NCBI GenBank assembly: GCA_963724765.1
Contig: CAVRVY010000004.1
Coordinates: 640,001-704,000, forward strand
Length of the DNA stretch: 64,000 nucleotides
Reading direction: 5' to 3'
Source of the DNA: an uncultured delta proteobacterium
GTDB lineage: Bacteria; Desulfobacterota; Binatia; Binatales; Binataceae
The translations under genes and the position numbers were made by a program. Below are positions 40,557 to 49,847 of the stretch, piece after piece. The first letter of the stretch is position 1. Each line of letters opens with the position of its first letter. The notes under the pieces were generated by a model. That model was not told the origin of the DNA. It worked only from the letters and a program-made list of their open reading frames with translations, and ran no database searches.

Positions 40557-41024
40557 ATGGGAGCACTGTCACTGTGGAGGCCGTTTAGGGACCTCGAACG
40601 GCTGGCGAGAAGCTGGGAGTCGCGTTTCCCCAGCTTCTCTCAAGAATTCGAGGAAGCCGAGAAAGAGTTCGCCCCGCCGATTGAAAGCTACGTCAAGGAC
40701 GGCAATCTGCTGGTACGCGTCGACGTACCTGGGCTCGATCCCAAGGACATCGAAATCAACGTCCTGCAAAACGTCCTCACGATCAAGGGCGAACGCAAAA
40801 GCGAGAAGGAGGTCAAGCAGGAGAACTATTTGCGCCGCGAAGTCTCGTACGGCGCCTTCGAGCGGCGGATGAACTTGCCGGAGGGGGCAATGACAGACAA
40901 CGTCAAAGCCAACTTCAAGAACGGGGTGGTCGAGGTGACTATCCCGCTGGCCAAAGAGGTCGGGGCGAAGAAGATACCGCTCGAGATCGAGTCAGAAAAA
41001 AAGGCTGAACACGAAAAGAAGTAG
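40557..41024 (+). CDS. Hsp20 small heat-shock protein (paralog 2)
   Basis: RBS GAGGAG; VDVPGLDPKDI, REVSYGAFER, FKNGVVEV. Confidence 0.95.
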   Translation: MGALSLWRPFRDLERLARSWESRFPSFSQEFEEAEKEFAPPIESYVKDGNLLVRVDVPGLDPKDIEINVLQNVLTIKGERKSEKEVKQENYLRREVSYGAFERRMNLPEGAMTDNVKANFKNGVVEVTIPLAKEVGAKKIPLEIESEKKAEHEKK

Positions 41025-41084
41025 GGCTGTCGGCAAGCGCGCAGCCCTCGAAAAGTGATTTTGACTCAAGGGGAGGCAACGACC

Positions 41085-41564
41085 GTGAAGGTAAAGGATT
41101 TGATGGCGATCGAAGTGAAGAGTTGTGCAACCTACAACACTCTGAACACGGCCGCGCAGGCTATGTGGGACAACGACATCGGCTGCGTCCCGGTCGTGGA
41201 CAGTGACCGTCGTGTCGTTGGAATGCTCACGGACCGCGATGTCTGCATGGCGGCCTATATTCAGGGCGTGCCGCTTACGGGCTCGCTGGTGACTAGCGCG
41301 ATGTCTAAGCAGGTGTTTTCCTGTGCGCCTGACGACGACATCGCGTCCGCAGAGAAGTCGATGCGCGAGAAGCAGGTCCGGCGCCTGGCGGTAATCGACA
41401 CGCAGGGGCGCCTGGCAGGCATCATTTCGCTCAACGATATCGCGCGTGAGGGTGAACGGGAGACCGAGTTTAAAAAGACTCGCGAGGTAAGCGATGCCGA
41501 AATCGCGCGCGTTATGGCCTCGGTCTGCGCCCCCCGCCACCGCATCATTGAAGCCGCGGCGTAA
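41085..41564 (+). CDS. CBS-pair protein (paralog of 18495-18965)
   Basis: RBS GGAGG; IGCVPVV, GMLTDRDVCMAAY, QVRRLAV, GIISLNDIARE. Confidence 0.92.
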   Translation: MKVKDLMAIEVKSCATYNTLNTAAQAMWDNDIGCVPVVDSDRRVVGMLTDRDVCMAAYIQGVPLTGSLVTSAMSKQVFSCAPDDDIASAEKSMREKQVRRLAVIDTQGRLAGIISLNDIAREGERETEFKKTREVSDAEIARVMASVCAPRHRIIEAAA

Positions 41565-41660
41565 ACCGCCTGAGAACGGGTGGTGAAGTTTCCAGTGCGC
41601 CACCACGAGAGCAGGACCGCCAAGTCGGGTCCTGTTCCCGTGGGCCGCAGAGGAGGATTT

Positions 41661-41966
41661 ATGGTGGCCAATTACATAATGCTCACGAGGCTTTCACCCG
41701 AGGCGCTGACCCGTCCCGGAGCAGTCGCAAATCTCAACAAGAAGGTCGCAGAGCGCATTCGCCAGGAATGCCCTAGCGTAAAATGGCTCGCCAACTATGC
41801 CGTGCTCGGTCCATGCGATTATCTGGACATCTTCGAGGCGCCCGACGCCGATACGGCGACGCGAGTTGCGCTTCTCGTCCGATCCTTCGGGCACGCGACG
41901 ACTGAAACCTGGGTCGCGACGCCGTGGGACCGTTTCCTGAGCCTCGCTCAAGGTCTCAAAAACTAA
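41661..41966 (+). CDS. GYD-domain protein
   Basis: RBS AGGAGG; YIMLTRL, YAVLGPCDYLDIFEAPD, GHATTET. Confidence 0.88.
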   Translation: MVANYIMLTRLSPEALTRPGAVANLNKKVAERIRQECPSVKWLANYAVLGPCDYLDIFEAPDADTATRVALLVRSFGHATTETWVATPWDRFLSLAQGLKN

Positions 41967-42041
41967 GCGCAGGGCCGCGCAGGGTCGTTACGGCGAGTCT
42001 ATTCCAAAGAGCGCAGAGAACACGCCATTTCAGATTTCAAC

Positions 42042-42773
42042 GTGGATAGAAGCGAAACCATCGTTAAAGAGGTCAGCGCGGCGCTGGAACACGATCCGCG
42101 CATAAGCTTCCACAAACACCCGTTAGAAATTGTCATCGACCCGGATGGCGTTCTCGTTCTTGAAGGTGAGCTTGAAAACATCGCTGCGAAGAAACTTGCG
42201 CTCGAGCATGCAGCCGCGGTCGGCGGCGTGAGCGGCATTGTCGACCGCCTCCGGATTACGCCTTCAACCCCGATGGGCGACGGTGAAATCCGCGATCATG
42301 TTCGCGATGCCCTGCTCGAAGAGCCTGCAATCAATAACTGCGGCATCCGGATGATGAATAGCGGCCGCTGGGAGATTTTCAGGGAGTCGCAGGTGATCAC
42401 GCCGCGCTGCTCGATCAACATAATGGTTGATGAGGGCGTTGTGACGCTGGACGGTGAAGTGAGCAGTCTCTCCCACAAACGACTTGCAGGAGTGTTGGCC
42501 TGGTGGGTGCCGGGCAGCTGCGATGTCGTCAATGGCCTCGAAGTGGTGCCCATACAGGAGGATAGCGACGACGAGATTGCGGAGGCGGTGAAACTGGTTT
42601 TGGAAAAAGACCCGCTGGTCAATGCCTATCGCATCCGCGTGACCGTTCGCACTGCCGTGGTCACGCTGGAAGGGCTTGTCGTCAATAAGGCCGAGGGCGA
42701 GATGGCTGAGATGGATGCATGGTACGTCTTCGGCGTCGACCGCGTTGTCAATCGGCTTGAACACGAGCGTTAG
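42042..42773 (+). CDS. Triple BON-domain protein
   Basis: Three repeats with GVLVLEGE, GVVTLDGEV, AVVTLEG and VDRL/VVNGL/VVNRL ends. Confidence 0.9.
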   Translation: MDRSETIVKEVSAALEHDPRISFHKHPLEIVIDPDGVLVLEGELENIAAKKLALEHAAAVGGVSGIVDRLRITPSTPMGDGEIRDHVRDALLEEPAINNCGIRMMNSGRWEIFRESQVITPRCSINIMVDEGVVTLDGEVSSLSHKRLAGVLAWWVPGSCDVVNGLEVVPIQEDSDDEIAEAVKLVLEKDPLVNAYRIRVTVRTAVVTLEGLVVNKAEGEMAEMDAWYVFGVDRVVNRLEHER

Positions 42774-42794
42774 AGAACCAGTCGGGAGAAGGCG

Positions 42795-43733
42795 ATGGAT
42801 CCTGTCATTTTCGTTGGCTCCGCCAACCTCACGCTTGCCGCGGCGGTTGCGGAGCGGATGGGTTTGACGCTCGGAAGCCGGGCGCTCACTCGCTTTCCTG
42901 ACAGCGAACTTCACATTGAAGTTCAGGAAAGTGTACGCGGGCGCGACGTGTACTTGATTCAGCCGACAAGCCCGCCTGTGCACGAACATCTCTTCGATCT
43001 CTTCATGCTCGCCGACGCGTGCCGCCGCGCCGGCGCCGCGCGTCTGACTGCCGTAATTCCGTACTTTGGTTATGCGCGTCAAGACCGGAGAGCCACGGGC
43101 CGAGACCCGGTCGGCGCACGCCTCGTCGCCGACCTGCTCAGGACGAGCGAGATACAGCGCGTGGTGACGCTTGACCTTCACAGCGCCGCGCTCGAAGGGT
43201 TTTTCCCGTTTCCACTGGAACATCTGAGCGCTATTCCCATCTTGGCACAGGCAGCCGCTCCGGGCGTTCCGGCAGAATCGGTCATCGTGGCGCCGGACCT
43301 CGGCGCCGTGAAACTCGCGGAACGGTACGCGCGGATGCTCCATATGCCGATCGCGGTGGTCAACAAAACCCGCCTCAGCGGCGAGGAAGTTGAAGCGAAG
43401 GGGATCGTCGGCGATGTTCGCGGGCGGCCGATTCTCATTGTTGACGATATGATCACTACAGGAGGGACCATTGCGGCGGCTGTCAATCTGGTGAAAGCAG
43501 CCGGGGCCGCATCGGAGGTCACCGTGGCGGCAAGTCACGGCCTGTTCGTCGGTCCGGCGCAGGAACGGCTACGCGTCCTTGGAGTGAAGCGCTTCATAGT
43601 TACAGACAGCGTGGCGCTGGCCGCAGATTTGCACCTACCCGTCAAGGTAGTCAGCGTCGCTCCGCTTTTGGCGGAAGCTCTAAGGCGGCTGAATGGAAAC
43701 CAGTCCTTGAGTGACTTGATAGCGCACGTCTGA
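42795..43733 (+). CDS. prs: Ribose-phosphate pyrophosphokinase
   Basis: RFPDSE, IPYFGYARQDR, LDLH, VAPDLG, IVDDMITTGGT, HGLF. Confidence 0.95.
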   Translation: MDPVIFVGSANLTLAAAVAERMGLTLGSRALTRFPDSELHIEVQESVRGRDVYLIQPTSPPVHEHLFDLFMLADACRRAGAARLTAVIPYFGYARQDRRATGRDPVGARLVADLLRTSEIQRVVTLDLHSAALEGFFPFPLEHLSAIPILAQAAAPGVPAESVIVAPDLGAVKLAERYARMLHMPIAVVNKTRLSGEEVEAKGIVGDVRGRPILIVDDMITTGGTIAAAVNLVKAAGAASEVTVAASHGLFVGPAQERLRVLGVKRFIVTDSVALAADLHLPVKVVSVAPLLAEALRRLNGNQSLSDLIAHV

Positions 43734-43779
43734 TCGCAACCAAACGAGAGGCAAATGCTCTCAGGAAACAGGCTGAACA

Positions 43780-44364
43780 ATGAAATCATCACAAACCAGC
43801 AATAGTGAGCGCCTTCAGACCCTACGGAACCTTCTCGCTCATCAGCGCAATGAGGCACTTGCGCGGATTCGCGATTTTCGCAGAGCGCAGGAGGAAGATG
43901 CGGAGCCACTCCCGGGCGACGAACTTGATGCGGCCCGCGCTCTCGCCGAAGTAGAGACACACGCCGGCCTAATCGAACGTGCCGAATATCGGTTGAAGGC
44001 TATAGCCGCCGCTTTCAGTCGGGTCGAGGAGGGCCGCTATGGAATTTGCGAGGAATGTGGCGAGGACATCCCTGTTGACCGCCTCAAGGTGCTGCCCTTT
44101 GCGGCCTACTGCGTCGATTGCCAGTCGAAGCGAAATCACCGGCTTCGGCCTGGTGAAGGCCATATCGATGAGCCGTCACGCCATCTTTGGACCTTGCCCG
44201 AGGAAATGGATGAATCGCTGGAAAAGCAGGATGCGTTGATCGAGCCGGAAGAACGACTCGCAGTGCGCGACCAGCGGCCGTCAGGTCCGGAAGTGGGAGA
44301 ATTCGAGCAGCTGCCTCCCTCTCCTACAGCCCGCCGGCGCGGGAGACCGCGTGCCCCTGAATGA
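43780..44364 (+). CDS. DksA/TraR C4 zinc-finger protein with C-terminal extension
   Basis: Coiled-coil tip DELDAA; GRYGICEECGEDI..RL..LPFAAYCVDCQ. Confidence 0.9.
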   Translation: MKSSQTSNSERLQTLRNLLAHQRNEALARIRDFRRAQEEDAEPLPGDELDAARALAEVETHAGLIERAEYRLKAIAAAFSRVEEGRYGICEECGEDIPVDRLKVLPFAAYCVDCQSKRNHRLRPGEGHIDEPSRHLWTLPEEMDESLEKQDALIEPEERLAVRDQRPSGPEVGEFEQLPPSPTARRRGRPRAPE

Positions 44365-44521
44365 CCGTAGTGGACGCAGCGCATGGCTCGCGCGGCGCTA
44401 TAAGCACAGGACGCGTCCCGAGGCTATTTCCGCGAGTCACTGCCTGGCGCACGCTCGCACTCCTTGATCGCCCGCGCCGTCCTGTGCTCTCTAAAGAAAG
44501 CATGGCCCGGACCTGCTGCGA

Positions 44522-44926
44522 ATGACCAGATACAGAGCGATCCTGTTCTTCGTCTTGATGTGGGGGATGCCGATCGGAATCGCGTGCGCCGATTCCCCTG
44601 CCAAAGAGGCTTACCTCGCCGATTGTGCACGCTGTCATGGTTCCGACGGTAAGGGAAACGTCGCGGCGATGAGCGAGGTCCCGGGCTACAAGTCAGTCGA
44701 TCTGACCCAGCTCAGCAAAGAGAAGGAGGGCCGATTTCCACGTCAGAAGGTTTACGACGTGATCGAGGGCCGCAAGCGCTTCCCGGCGTATTTCATCGGC
44801 GACATGCCCACCTGGGGACTCCGATATAGCGAGGATGATGAGAAGCTTGGTCCGGAGGCCAAGGCGCGGGTCAAACGCAGGATCTCCGCTCTCGTGGACT
44901 ACATAAAATCGATCCAGGAGAAGTAG
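44522..44926 (+). CDS. Monoheme cytochrome c
   Basis: Signal peptide, CARCH, VDLT, DMPTWG, YIKSIQ. Confidence 0.88.
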   Translation: MTRYRAILFFVLMWGMPIGIACADSPAKEAYLADCARCHGSDGKGNVAAMSEVPGYKSVDLTQLSKEKEGRFPRQKVYDVIEGRKRFPAYFIGDMPTWGLRYSEDDEKLGPEAKARVKRRISALVDYIKSIQEK

Positions 44927-45467
44927 CAGCCGCCGCGCGGCGGCATGTAGAGGATGCGGTCGCGTGATTCCCGAGGGCGCGCCCTTCGTGCGCACGCGGT
45001 CATCTAGTCCTGCGCTGCGCAGGCGGGTTTCAGGGGCGAGGCGACTGCCGCCGCTTGCCAATTCAGGGATTCGGGCTGGTTTCGTTCTGTCCCGTTTTTG
45101 GCACGAGTGCCAGGATGATCTCGAAACCTTTATAAAACTGTGTGAATTTTCCCCCAACGAAGCGCGAATCGTCCGACAGGCTGAACCACGCGCGAATCTC
45201 AGGCACGAAGAGCGCTGCGACGAAGTTCAGCCAGCCGAAATCAGGTTTGATGTCGACTCGAGCCATCGTGCGTTCCAGCAGCGGAACGAACTCGCAGGCA
45301 GGCGGGAGAGCGCGTATATGTCGCGCCGACCTGCCAACGACTGAATGCAGCGCAGCGGTGACTTTTAAGGACCCATCCACCTTTGCGTCAGTGTTGCCGA
45401 TGAAATCAGGTCCGGACGTTTCGCAAACGCCAGAAGGTTTCTCATGGTAGGCTGGTGAGTTAGCCGC

Positions 45468-45483
45468 AGGCACACACATTGCT
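45468..45483 (+). promoter_or_regulatory. Sigma-54 promoter candidate
   Basis: AGGCACACACATTGCT. Confidence 0.55.
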
Positions 45484-45606
45484 CTAAGCTGCGTGACGTA
45501 AGGCCAGTTTGTGCGAATACGAAATGATGGGACGCGAATGGATTTGTTTCAGCCAGAGTCCGTCTCGCGACCCACGGTAGACCATTCGCGTTAAGGAGCG
45601 ACGCTG

Positions 45607-45831
45607 ATGAAACCGATTGCATGGCTTGGTGCGCTGCTCGCTCTTCTGGGGATCCTGGGACTGGCAATCCCCGAATTTACAACGTCACGGACCAGAGACG
45701 TGGCAAAACTGGGGGGTCTCAAGATCCAGAGCACCGAGCAATCTACGCACGTGGTTCCCCAGGCTTTGAGCGCTGGCGCACTCGTCTTAGGCGTCATTCT
45801 TATCGGCGCAGGACTTTACCAGAGGCGCTGA
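45607..45831 (+). CDS. Small two-TM protein (DUF3185-like)
   Basis: RBS AAGGAG; TM, loop with DVAKLG, TM. Confidence 0.8.
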   Translation: MKPIAWLGALLALLGILGLAIPEFTTSRTRDVAKLGGLKIQSTEQSTHVVPQALSAGALVLGVILIGAGLYQRR

Positions 45832-45859
45832 CAGTTAACGCGCTTGTTCTACCCGATCT

Positions 45860-46021
45860 TTACGGAAGCTTACCGATGACGGCGGTGATGGTGTGAACCA
45901 GAATGAGCGTGCCGTCATTCTGCCGAACGATACTTGCGGCCATGTCGACCGCTTCGAGCGAGCTATCATCAAAATCGACTGGGCACATGATCTTGCGATA
46001 TGGGAATGGCGTTGTGCTGAC
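45860..46021 (-). pseudogene. USP N-terminal remnant
   Basis: Minus frame reads PFPYRKIMCPVDFDDSSLEAVDMAASIVRQNDGTLILVHT then stop; compare LCPVDFDENSL in 14859-15287. Confidence 0.75.
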
Positions 46022-46051
46022 TTTTCGCTGAAACTATCGCCCATTTCCTTG

Positions 46052-46133
46052 AGCGGCGATCATGCCAATAGACTTTCCCCGATTTTGCGTCTTCTGTCGA
46101 TTCCTCGCGTCAGCCGTGTTTCCTTGGGAGACA
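46052..46133 (-). promoter_or_regulatory. Sigma-54 promoter plus UAS candidate retained upstream of USP remnant
   Basis: TGGCATGATCGCCGCT (46052-46067, minus) and TGTTTCCTTGGGAGACA (46117-46133). Confidence 0.5.
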
Positions 46134-46242
46134 CAGCTCCATAATGTGGAGTAAATTCTCATGGCCACCATCGCGTCGTCATCGATCTCGGCCACCGGAA
46201 CGGGTCGCAGCATGCGTTAATCATCGAGCGCGATGAAATCCT

Positions 46243-46308
46243 AGTGAAATACTCGACGAGAAGCGGCACATCTTCGAAACTCTCGCGCAGCGGCGGTAAC
46301 CGCATCCT
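46243..46308 (-). pseudogene. Short fragment of a sigma-54 activator AAA+ domain
   Basis: RMRLPPLRESFEDVPLLVEYF matches the lid motif LPPLRER.EDIPLLV.HF. Confidence 0.55.
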
Positions 46309-46459
46309 AGATGACCTCCCGTTTGCCGGATACTTCCGTGTCAACGATGCCGATACTAACATGGTCCGCATCCTCGACAATGTCGGCGATAAAAGTGTCG
46401 TTACTGCCGCGATAGGAAAAGAAGGTTGAACAACGCCGCCGCGAACCAAGGATAGACTC

Positions 46460-46879
46460 ATGCCATCGATGCAAAAGCGGATCGCTCCATTCCTAGGCCT
46501 TTTGTTCTTGGCCGGCACTGCGGCCGCTGCAGGAGCCGACGACGTCGCGCTAGGACGACAAATCTATCTCGAACGTTGCGCGTCGTGCCATGGACTCACC
46601 GGCGAGGGTGATGGTCCCGTGGCGCCCGCGTTGACCACGCCGCCGGCCAACCTCCGCCGGCTTTCGGAACGTTTCGGAAATCCGCTGCCCGAGGACCAGG
46701 TCGCCCGCTTCATCGACGGCCGCGCCGAGGTCAAGGCTCACGGCACGCGCGACATGCCAGTATGGGGCGCACGCTTCTATGCCGAGACGCACAACGAGCG
46801 CGCGGTCCGTGCAATGATCGCTGAGCTCATCGCCTATCTGCAATCGATCCAGAGCGGTGCGCGCCACGCGCGCCGATAG
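46460..46879 (+). CDS. Monoheme cytochrome c
   Basis: Signal peptide, CASCH, PANL, HGTRDMPVWG, YLQSIQ. Confidence 0.9.
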   Translation: MPSMQKRIAPFLGLLFLAGTAAAAGADDVALGRQIYLERCASCHGLTGEGDGPVAPALTTPPANLRRLSERFGNPLPEDQVARFIDGRAEVKAHGTRDMPVWGARFYAETHNERAVRAMIAELIAYLQSIQSGARHARR

Positions 46880-46899
46880 CCGCCTCGCGTTGAGGGTGA

Positions 46900-48651
46900 T
46901 TACGCGCGCCAGCAGGCGCGCACGATCCATTTCCGCACTTCTTCCGCGACGAACACCACGGCCGCGAAGGGCAGAATGAAAAGCCACGCCCGGGGGCCGA
47001 TCGGCGCGGTTCCGAAGATGGAATTGCCGAGCGGCGTGTAGCCAATCAGCGCGACCAGTGCGACCTCGACTATCACTCCGCCCCAGATAAGCGGATTTTC
47101 GAGAAGCCCGGTCCCGCAAAGATGAGATTTTCCTCCACTTCCGCGCGCTGCCAGTGGTCCTCGAGCGGCCAGTAGGACATTGCGATGACCCGCAAGCCCT
47201 GCCCGGCCATCGCTTCCTGCGCCTCGCGAACTTTGGCGCGCGATCCGGAATCGAACGGGCGTATTTCGCCGTCGACCAGTATCCGGTCGCACAGCGGGAT
47301 GACCATCTCCGGCGCGCCCTTGCAAAAGAGCATCGGGCCCTCAGGCGTCGCATGCACCGTCGATAGCCGCATGCGGCTGACGTCGAAAGGAATCTCATCG
47401 AGTTTTTTGCAAGCCGGAAGCGCGGAGAGGAACCGCTCGGCCGTTTCAACCAGCGCGATTTCTATCGGATCGCCCAGCAGCACCTTCCGCCCCTGCTGGT
47501 CGCCTTCCCTCAGATCGTGGCACAGACTGGCGGTCATAAAGAAAGGCCGGTACAGCGCCGCGGTCTCTTGCCCAGCGCCGGGATTGAGCTGGCATTCCAG
47601 GCCCGCCCCCAGCCAGACGCGCCTTACCGTCATCCGGTTCTGCGTCAGCGTGCCGGTCTTGTCGGTGCAAATCACGGTGGTCGAGCCGAGCGTCTCGACC
47701 GATGGCAGGTAACGGATCAGAACGTGGCGTTTCGCCATTCGCTGTGTGGCCAGGACCAGCGCAAGCGTCAAAGTGGGCAACAGTCCCTCCGGCACCATCG
47801 CGACGATGATGCCGATGGCGAAGATGAAATCCTCCCAGAAGGGGACACCGAGGATGCGGCTGATCGCGAAAAAAATCAGTCCGATCGCCACCGCCAGGAT
47901 GCCGATCAAGCGGCTTAGGTACGCGATCTGCTCGCGCAAAGGAGAGACGGCTTCGCGGCCGGTCTGCGTCAGGTGAGCGATCTTGCCGAATTCGCAATGC
48001 ATGCCGGTGGCAAAGACCACCGCCCGGCCTTCTCCGGAGACCATCGAGGTGCCGGCGAGCAAGATGTTCTCGGCGTGGATTGTTTCCTCCTTGGCGGAGG
48101 GTCCCGCGATTCGAAGTTTGGAAAGCGATTCCCCCGGTGATCGTCGCGTCGTTGACGCGAACTCCGAAGGCCTCGACCAGGCGGCAATCCGCCGCAATGT
48201 TGTTCCCTTGCTCCAGGAGGATGATGTCGCCCGGGACGAGCCGGTCTGCGAGCAACCGGACCGCCTTACCATCGCGCAACACCTCGACCTGTTGCGGCAG
48301 CAGCCCGCGCAACGCGGCCAGCGTTCGTTCGACCCGGAATTCCTGCCAGAAGGAAAACAGCCCGCTGACCAGGATAACGGCCAGGATCGCGTAACCGATC
48401 TTCGCCATGCCATGACCCGGATCGCTCCATTCGGCCACAAAGGCCAAGCCCGCGGCGAGCCACAGGATCAGGGCGAAAAAGTGAGTGAACTCCTTCAGGA
48501 AGCGCAGCAGTATCGATTCGCGCGCGACTGCTTCCACCCGATTGAGGCCATACTCGCCGAGCCTGCGCAGGGCCTCGACGGATGAGAGCCCTTGCGGGCT
48601 ACTGTTGAGGCTAGCGATGGCATCGGCGGCAGAGAGCTGGTGAATCTTCAT
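46900..48651 (-). pseudogene. Cation-transporting P-type ATPase, frameshifted and internally deleted
   Basis: GLSS.EA, TGES split by an extra base at 48131-48135, VPEGLLP, DKTGTLT, KGAPE; jumps from ENLIFAG to the last two TMs; TGD and GDGVND absent. Confidence 0.88.
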
Positions 48652-48744
48652 CGGGGACGATTCGAAAGATTCGACGTGAGGTGGTGTGGCTGCCAGCGTC
48701 TCCCATGAAATTGGTACTCCCCCGCCATATCGACCGCTGGTCAC

Positions 48745-48760
48745 AGCAAATAATGCGCCG
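48745..48760 (-). promoter_or_regulatory. Sigma-54 promoter candidate
   Basis: CGGCGCATTATTTGCT. Confidence 0.6.
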
Positions 48761-49105
48761 GGGACGAACGAAGGGAAACTTCACGGCTGGAGCGGCTTTC
48801 CAAACACGATCTGGCTGTCAAAGTGCTGCTTGGCTAGAGACGCTTGTTCTCTCCGCCGACAGTGATCTCAGCCATCGCTACTAAGTAGTGCACAGATTCG
48901 CAAGGAAATTTTCACACGCCAGCCCGAGATTATTCTCAAGGCCGGCAGCGGAACATCTTTTATCGCGCGATCCAAAGAACCGAGAGTTAGAACGGACGCC
49001 GACTGGGTCAGCCAACCAGTTGCCGTCCAGACCCGCTTGATGCTCTAGACCGTAGCGCAAAAAAGCGCTTTCATCGAGATTGCCGTACCCGCAAATAGGA
49101 GGACG

Positions 49106-49847
49106 CTCGCGACCCACGCACGCAGGGGTGTCAAGCGTGTGCTGCTAGGCAGCGTCGCCGAGACCGTGCTGCGCGAGGCCGCGTGCCCGGTCCTCACGGT
49201 GCGCTGTGGCGAGGCCGACGTGCATACGGTCGCCAAATCGACCCAGGCACGCAGAATCGCGGATTGTTTCGGCTTCGATTTGCTGCGCTCGGACGTGGTG
49301 CGCAAGCGCCTGGCCGGCGTCGCGCCGACGGCCCGGCTGTCCGCGGACTGCCGTAAGGGAATCTACAGCGAGGAGTTCCACGCAACAGACTTACGCAACG
49401 ATGCTCGCCGAGGCTTTCGCCCGTCTGCACGATGGCGTGGATGTGATCGTCGATGCGACCTTCGGGGCGCCCGCCTATCGCGCTGAGGCGCGCGAGGTTG
49501 CGGCGCGTGCGGGCGTGCCGGTGCTGTTCGTCGAATGTAGGGCCGACGAGGAAGAGATCGTACGCCGGCTCGCCGAACGCGAGACTCACTCGGGTGAGGT
49601 GTCGGACGCCGGCGTCGCGGTCTACCGGCGCCAGCGCGACGAATTCGCCGCGCTCGCCGAGATCCCCGAACGCTGCCATTTGGTGATCGACACGAGCGGT
49701 GGCACCGGACCTGCGCTGGCGCTAATCAGAAAGCGGCTCGTCGACCTGCGTGAAGCATCCAGGAGCGGCCCGGCGCGGACTGGCGCGCCAGGCCCGCAGC
49801 ATGCGGCGCTGTCGAGCGCTGAAGCCGGGCAATCGCGCCGCGGTTGA
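49106..49847 (+). pseudogene. Collapsed USP C-terminus joined to AAA_33/gluconate-kinase-like domain (Rv2004c-like C-terminus)
   Basis: ATHARRGVKRVLLGSVAETVLREAACPVLTVR, then KST..RSDVVRKRLAG..GIYS, +1 shift at 49378, VIVDATF, RLAER, SDA. Confidence 0.8.

Noticed and set aside
44964-45479. ORFs on both strands here, and at 14575-14832, 27943-28215, 48881-49117 and 62650-63000
   Set aside because: No RBS or recognisable motif; may be degraded DNA but cannot be supported.
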